Positions 14,370 through 18,701 of a stretch of DNA of 18,701 nt are shown piece by piece. Made by a program: the position numbers and the translations under genes. The number at the start of each line of letters is the position of its first letter. Position 1 is the stretch's first letter. Source of the stretch: a virus (taxonomy: Duplodnaviria; Heunggongvirae; Uroviricota; Caudoviricetes); IMG/VR virus record IMGVR_UViG_3300021599_001517, positions 1 to 18,701 of that record. One strand, written 5' to 3'. The notes beneath the pieces are model-generated. The model was given only the letters and a program-made list of their open reading frames with translations, was not told where the DNA came from and ran no database searches.

Positions 14370-14840
14370 ATGAGCTCTTCACAAATTTTAAGGTCATACC
14401 TTGATATTTTAAATGAAAGAGGCGGAAGGGGTGGCGCAGCCTCTAGACCGGCCGCGGCAAAACCTGCTATGCAACAACAGCCAGCTCAAACTGCTCAGCC
14501 TGCTATGCAACAACAGCCAGCTGTACCTAAACCTGGTCAACCTGCTAATTTACAACAGACATCAAAGATACAACAAAAAACAAAAGTAGGATTACAAACT
14601 GTTGGAAAATCACTTACAGGAAAAAATCCTACCGGAGTAGGTCAAGCGGTTCAGGGTTTTAACAAAATTTCACAAGGATCAGCTGTGACTGGTACTCAGT
14701 CTACTGCCTTAGAACCTTTTATCGAACCTTTACAAATGATTTTAGCTAATCCGCAACTGAAACAAAGATTTTTAGCATTGGTTGCACAGGCAAAACAGGC
14801 TACTGCTAAGATTGATCCAACAGCAATACAACAACAATAA
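14370..14840 (+). CDS. Gln/Pro/Ala-rich low-complexity protein (156 aa)
   Basis: Starts ...YLDILNE; contains PAMQQQPA twice. Confidence 0.75.
   Translation: MSSSQILRSYLDILNERGGRGGAASRPAAAKPAMQQQPAQTAQPAMQQQPAVPKPGQPANLQQTSKIQQKTKVGLQTVGKSLTGKNPTGVGQAVQGFNKISQGSAVTGTQSTALEPFIEPLQMILANPQLKQRFLALVAQAKQATAKIDPTAIQQQ
14463..14522 (+). repeat. Perfect 24-nt direct repeat (2 copies, 36-nt period)
   Basis: CCTGCTATGCAACAACAGCCAGCT at 14463-14486 and 14499-14522. Confidence 0.95.
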
Positions 14841-14856
14841 CAGATTTCAATAAATT

Positions 14857-15246
14857 ATGAGATTAAAAGATTTAAAAGAGCACGATGAACAACTAGACGA
14901 AATACTGCCAGCGATTGGTGCTATTGCTGGCGGTGCTGCTCGAGTAGCTGGTGGTGCAATGAGTCGAGGACTTACAAAAGCAGGCGGCGCATTGGCTAGG
15001 GGAGTTAGTTCAGCGGGCGGTGCATTGGTTAGGGGAGTTAAATCAGCAGCCACCACTGTTGGACAAAAAGTAGCAGGTGCTGCCGGTCAAGCTGCATCTG
15101 GACTAGCAGGTGGCGGGATGGACCCTGCCCAAGCCGCCGCAGAAAAAAAACAGCATGATGACGATAAAAGGTCCATTCAGGCAGCTATTAAAGAAAAACA
15201 AGCTGAAATAGCAGAACTACAAAAACAACTGGCAAGCATAGGATGA
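14857..15246 (+). CDS. Gly/Ala-rich protein with three 11-residue amphipathic repeats and a C-terminal coiled coil
   Basis: AGGAMSRGLTK / AGGALARGVSS / AGGALVRGVKS; C-terminus IQAAIKEKQAEIAELQKQL. Confidence 0.8.
   Translation: MRLKDLKEHDEQLDEILPAIGAIAGGAARVAGGAMSRGLTKAGGALARGVSSAGGALVRGVKSAATTVGQKVAGAAGQAASGLAGGGMDPAQAAAEKKQHDDDKRSIQAAIKEKQAEIAELQKQLASIG
14947..15045 (+). repeat. Degenerate 33-nt tandem repeat (3 copies)
   Basis: Units at 14947-14979, 14980-15012 and 15013-15045; units 2 and 3 are near-identical. Confidence 0.85.
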
Positions 15247-15650
15247 GATTCTACGAATTTGTTTTACCTTTAGATGAAATTGAAACAGAGCCAATTGATA
15301 AATTCATTTTAGCTCTTAAGAATTATATTGGCACCGCAGCTATTAAAAAACAACCAGCCGAATTCAATTGGAATGGGTTTGCTAAGATGATGCGTAGTCA
15401 AGGATTCGAGATGGCTGCAGACTATGAAGTTTTTAAATCAATTTATGATCAGCTTCCTCCAGATATGCAAAACTTAGTTTTAGATTTTAATGATAAAACT
15501 GTTCAACTTAACGTTCCCGGAATTAAGAACGACAATCCAGATCTTGAACCAGAACAAGATAGTCAAAATGCTGTAAATCAAATGGCTCAAGGATTGGCAC
15601 CTCAGCAGTTAGCTAAACAATCACAAACTCCACAAGTAACACAAGCTTGA
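15243..15650 (+). CDS. Hypothetical protein (135 aa)
   Basis: ATGA overlap; starts MRFYEF..LDEIE. Confidence 0.8.
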   Translation: MRFYEFVLPLDEIETEPIDKFILALKNYIGTAAIKKQPAEFNWNGFAKMMRSQGFEMAADYEVFKSIYDQLPPDMQNLVLDFNDKTVQLNVPGIKNDNPDLEPEQDSQNAVNQMAQGLAPQQLAKQSQTPQVTQA

Positions 15651-15675
15651 CATACATAAAGTAATAAATTAAAAT
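15647..15675 (+). promoter_or_regulatory. sigma70 promoter TTGACA-N17-TAAAAT
   Basis: TTGACA 15647-15652, TAAAAT 15670-15675; ATG at 15681. Confidence 0.8.
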
Positions 15676-15680
15676 ACTTT

Positions 15681-16355
15681 ATGACTTTACTAATCGAAAA
15701 ATTTCAATACCCCACCACCACAAGAACTACTATAAACGGTAAAAGACATTACGATGCCGGAGACGGCATTCCTGTTCCTAGTGTTACGACTATTCTTGAT
15801 GCAACAAAAGATAAAACTTTTTTACATGAGTGGCGTAAACGTGTAGGCGAACAAGCAGCTCAACAGATTACTACAGAGGCTGCAGGGGTTGGGACCTCAA
15901 TGCACAAGTATCTTGAAGATTATGTCAAAGGAGAACCGCTGACTCCTAAGAGCAATATGGTGCATCAACAAGGTTTTAAGATGGCGCATGTCATTATTGA
16001 AAAGGGCATGAGCAATGTCAGCGAAATGTGGGGCTCGGAAGTTAACTTATGTTATCCTGGGCTGTATGCTGGTACCACTGACGGCGTAGGAGTGTTTAAC
16101 GGCAACCCTGCAATCATTGACTTTAAACAGACCAATAAACCCAAGAAAGAAGAGTGGGTAGAAGACTACTATCTACAACTAGTGGCCTACGCAATGGCTC
16201 ACAACGAGATGCACGGAACAGACATAAAGTACGCACATATCTTGATGTGCAGCAGAGAGCTTCAATATCAACAGTTTGATATTACTCCTGACACATTTAA
16301 CAAGTGGTCTGACAAGTGGTTAGAGCGGGTTCAGCAATACTATGACTCTAGATAA
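15681..16355 (+). CDS. PD-(D/E)XK exonuclease (lambda-exo/Cas4-like superfamily, no Fe-S Cys)
   Basis: PSVTTIL, WGSEVNL, YAGTTDGVG, IIDFKQT, YYLQLVAYAMA motifs. Confidence 0.88.
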   Translation: MTLLIEKFQYPTTTRTTINGKRHYDAGDGIPVPSVTTILDATKDKTFLHEWRKRVGEQAAQQITTEAAGVGTSMHKYLEDYVKGEPLTPKSNMVHQQGFKMAHVIIEKGMSNVSEMWGSEVNLCYPGLYAGTTDGVGVFNGNPAIIDFKQTNKPKKEEWVEDYYLQLVAYAMAHNEMHGTDIKYAHILMCSRELQYQQFDITPDTFNKWSDKWLERVQQYYDSR

Positions 16356-16373
16356 ATACCCTAACAAGGGTAT
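16353..16373 (+). promoter_or_regulatory. TAAATA promoter overlapped by an inverted repeat
   Basis: TAAATA 16353-16358; ATACCCT-AACA-AGGGTAT 16356-16373. Confidence 0.5.
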
Positions 16374-16379
16374 ATTTCT

Positions 16380-17915
16380 ATGGCCGTAGTCCAAATAAGC
16401 AAAATACAAATCCGTAAAGGAAAAAAGTTACAAACTGGGATTCCTCAGTTAAGTGGCGGTGAGTTCGCCTGGGCAGTTGATACACAAGAACTATACATAG
16501 GTAATGGTTCCGTGTTCGAAGGAGCTCCTTTAGTTGGTAATACTAAAATTTTAACAGAATACGATAATATTTTAGATCTTGCTAGAGGTTATAAATTTGC
16601 TTCCGGAAATCCTAGTATAACTAGAAGTGTATCTCGTTCAATACAATCAAAATTAGATGAATATGTAAGTGTGTTTGATTATGGTGCCAAGGGTGATGGC
16701 ACTACAAATGATACTGTTGCATTTCAAAGAGCATTAGATGATCTTTTTTTAAATGCAAATACAAATTTTAAAAAAGCATTATTCATTCCGTCTGGAAATT
16801 ATCTAATTTCTTCAGAATTACGTATTCCTAGTAGTGCAGTTATTATTGGAGACGGCCAGAATAATACAACTCTTCTCATGAATGCTAGTACTGTAACTTT
16901 TAAAACTTCTAGTAATTCAACTTTAGGAAATTTCACAGGGTCTAATAGGCCAGAAAATATTTCTTTATCAAATTTTAAATTTTATTTTACAAGTGGATCT
17001 TTAAATTTAACAGGCGTAAAAAATGCAAAGTTTGATAATATAATTTTTGAATCAACATATTCATTAGGCAACAGTACTGAAACTTCAATGGTTAACTGGT
17101 CTAATGACATTGACAGCACTAAAGTTACTGATATTTTCTTTTCTAATTGTAAATTTACCAAAGGATATATTGCAGTATCTGCAATATTTTCATCGGTACT
17201 AACTACCAGTGTAAATTTTAATAATTGTAATTTTTATATATGTGGTAAAGGAATTTATTTACAAGGGCAAGCCAATCAAAGCAATCAGTGGTCAATTCAA
17301 AATTCTCAGTTTGAATTAATCTTCAATCAAGCCATACATGTAACCAACGGTTACAATATGTCTGTGCAAAATAGTAAATTTTTAATTTGTGCAAATGGAT
17401 TGAATGATGCAGCTACTCCAACTTTACCTGTTATATCATTTTCTCAAACAAAAAATAACACAGTCATTGATTGTTATTTTGATAGAACACAAGAAGCCGG
17501 AGTATCAAATACATCATCTAAACCGGGATGGCCAGAAGTTCAGAATAGTTCAAAAACTACAATTATTAATAATGTTGTTACTGACATTGCACTGTCTGAT
17601 GGTCAAAGAACTTTAGCAGTATTTTCTGCGTTTAATAAATTTATAAAAATTGATTATGTATTAACTTTAGGAACAAGTATTAGAAAAGGTATATTAACTC
17701 TAATAGTTGATGGACTCAGTCCTAGTACTATATCGTTAACTGACGAATTTAATTTTACATCGGGGGTAACAGTCATGACAGGATTTGAATTTGGAACAAA
17801 CGTATTTGATAATAATTTAGATTCTGGGATTGATACTATTCAGTTATGGTATAGAAATCCAATTGCCAATCAATCCACTGGCACTATTTCTTATTTCATA
17901 ACATACGGTGTTTAA
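16380..17915 (+). CDS. Tail fibre/tailspike-like virion protein with right-handed beta-helix (pectate-lyase-3-like) domain
   Basis: N-terminal GEFAWAVDTQELYIGNG anchor-like motif; YVSVFDYGAKGDGTTNDTVAFQRA...FIPSGNYLIS start of beta-helix; repeated F.NC.F/.NS.F rungs. Confidence 0.8.
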   Translation: MAVVQISKIQIRKGKKLQTGIPQLSGGEFAWAVDTQELYIGNGSVFEGAPLVGNTKILTEYDNILDLARGYKFASGNPSITRSVSRSIQSKLDEYVSVFDYGAKGDGTTNDTVAFQRALDDLFLNANTNFKKALFIPSGNYLISSELRIPSSAVIIGDGQNNTTLLMNASTVTFKTSSNSTLGNFTGSNRPENISLSNFKFYFTSGSLNLTGVKNAKFDNIIFESTYSLGNSTETSMVNWSNDIDSTKVTDIFFSNCKFTKGYIAVSAIFSSVLTTSVNFNNCNFYICGKGIYLQGQANQSNQWSIQNSQFELIFNQAIHVTNGYNMSVQNSKFLICANGLNDAATPTLPVISFSQTKNNTVIDCYFDRTQEAGVSNTSSKPGWPEVQNSSKTTIINNVVTDIALSDGQRTLAVFSAFNKFIKIDYVLTLGTSIRKGILTLIVDGLSPSTISLTDEFNFTSGVTVMTGFEFGTNVFDNNLDSGIDTIQLWYRNPIANQSTGTISYFITYGV

Positions 17916-18333
17916 CCTCTATCGCGACGATAGAATTAAAATTTGGAGAGAATTTAGAGATGTGTTAGAAACAAGCAATAATCCGCTACAGGATATTGCT
18001 GAATTTTGGTCTTTAGCTCCATTTGTTAATCCTTATCTAAATCCACAAAAACCTTCTGAATGGCCAGATCCTTGGCGTTTAATTCTCGAAGGCAAATACG
18101 ATGATCTTGCAATTTCATTAGGAATGCTGTATACTCTGAAATTAACACAGCGGTTTATGAATGCCTATTGCGAGATACATACGTCTATGCTCCTCAATGA
18201 AAAACATCCTAAATTTTTCGTAGTTGTAGAGCGGTCTGATGTTTTAAATTTTGAATATAAAAGAAGTTTAAAGATACATGAAGTTTCCCAAATAGATTCA
18301 CAGATAATATGGCAAGGTAGCACTCTGCCATAA
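17908..18333 (+). CDS. Hypothetical protein (141 aa, GTG start)
   Basis: Overlaps the tailspike stop by 8 nt; no confident family. Confidence 0.75.
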   Translation: MFNLYRDDRIKIWREFRDVLETSNNPLQDIAEFWSLAPFVNPYLNPQKPSEWPDPWRLILEGKYDDLAISLGMLYTLKLTQRFMNAYCEIHTSMLLNEKHPKFFVVVERSDVLNFEYKRSLKIHEVSQIDSQIIWQGSTLP

Positions 18334-18336
18334 ATA
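18331..18336 (+). promoter_or_regulatory. TAAATA promoter-like motif upstream of nrdA
   Basis: 40 nt before ATG 18377; GAGG at 18362-18365. Confidence 0.45.
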
Positions 18337-18376
18337 TCTGCTCATCATAAAAAATAATATTGAGGCATAAAGAAAG

Positions 18377-18701
18377 ATGAACATTACAGTTATTAAAAGA
18401 AACGGGGAGAGAGAGCCACTAATGATTGAAAAGTGGCAGGCACAGGTGGCAAAGGTATGTAAGAGCATTGCTGATGTTAGCCAATCAATGATAGAAATCA
18501 AAGCGCAGTTACACTTTTATGATGGTATTACAACTGAAGAGATTGATAATATTACTCTTAGAGCGATTGTAGATTTAATCGACGTAGAACATAATCCTGA
18601 TGTAGGACATACCAATTATCAGTATGTTGCCGGAAAACAAAGATTATCAATGCTTCGTAAAGACGTATATGGATCTTATGAGGTTCCCCATCTTTATGAA
18701 A
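18377..18701 (+). CDS. nrdA: Ribonucleotide reductase alpha subunit (class Ia), N-terminal ATP-cone; 3'-truncated by the window; not in the ORF track
   Basis: Manual translation MNITVIKRNGEREPLMIEKWQAQV...QLHFYDGITTEEID...NYQYVAGKQRLSMLRKDVYGSY, the NrdA ATP-cone pattern. Confidence 0.9.
   Translation, partial: MNITVIKRNGEREPLMIEKWQAQVAKVCKSIADVSQSMIEIKAQLHFYDGITTEEIDNITLRAIVDLIDVEHNPDVGHTNYQYVAGKQRLSMLRKDVYGSYEVPHLYE

Noticed and set aside
15681-16355. Cas4/CRISPR association
   Set aside because: No four-Cys Fe-S motif, and no repeat-spacer array or other cas gene in the window.
17908-18333. Possible transglutaminase-like fold (KYDDLAISLG resembling a CxDxA helix)
   Set aside because: Catalytic Cys absent and the similarity is only a few residues; left as hypothetical.
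12498-18501. ORFs 12498..12689 (-), 14847..15056 (-), 17404..17616 (+), 18298..18501 (-)
   Set aside because: Shadows of real genes; the last is antisense to nrdA.
1-18701. Stop-codon reassignment (alternative genetic code)
   Set aside because: Genes are long and tightly packed under the standard code, and TAA, TGA and TAG (14366-14368) all end genes at sensible boundaries.

Overview
This window looks like part of a large lytic dsDNA bacteriophage genome, most likely a T4-related jumbo myophage. The basis is dense gene packing with ATGA/TAATG overlaps, a recurring TAAATA/TATAAATA late-promoter motif, consensus sigma70 promoters, a tailspike-like beta-helix gene and a 3'-truncated nrdA. Most + strand genes are uncharacterised late or virion-type proteins, many with an N-terminal [ILVF]-x-E motif reminiscent of T4 capsid-targeting/prohead-protease sites. 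Accessory genes include a glycosyltransferase-FkbM fusion broken by an apparent deletion, a ubiquitin-fold protein, a Cys-rich HiPIP-like protein, a pterin-carbinolamine dehydratase homologue lacking two catalytic His, and an unannotated 44-aa metallothionein-like peptide. There is also a signal-peptide SNase nuclease, a HAD phosphatase, a delta-9-type fatty acid desaturase, an alpha/beta hydrolase and a PD-(D/E)XK exonuclease. A GC-rich ~95-nt element at 7959-8053 can fold into two mutually exclusive structures. No tRNA, rRNA, CRISPR array or mobile element was seen. All family assignments come from motifs recognised by eye; no database searches were run.
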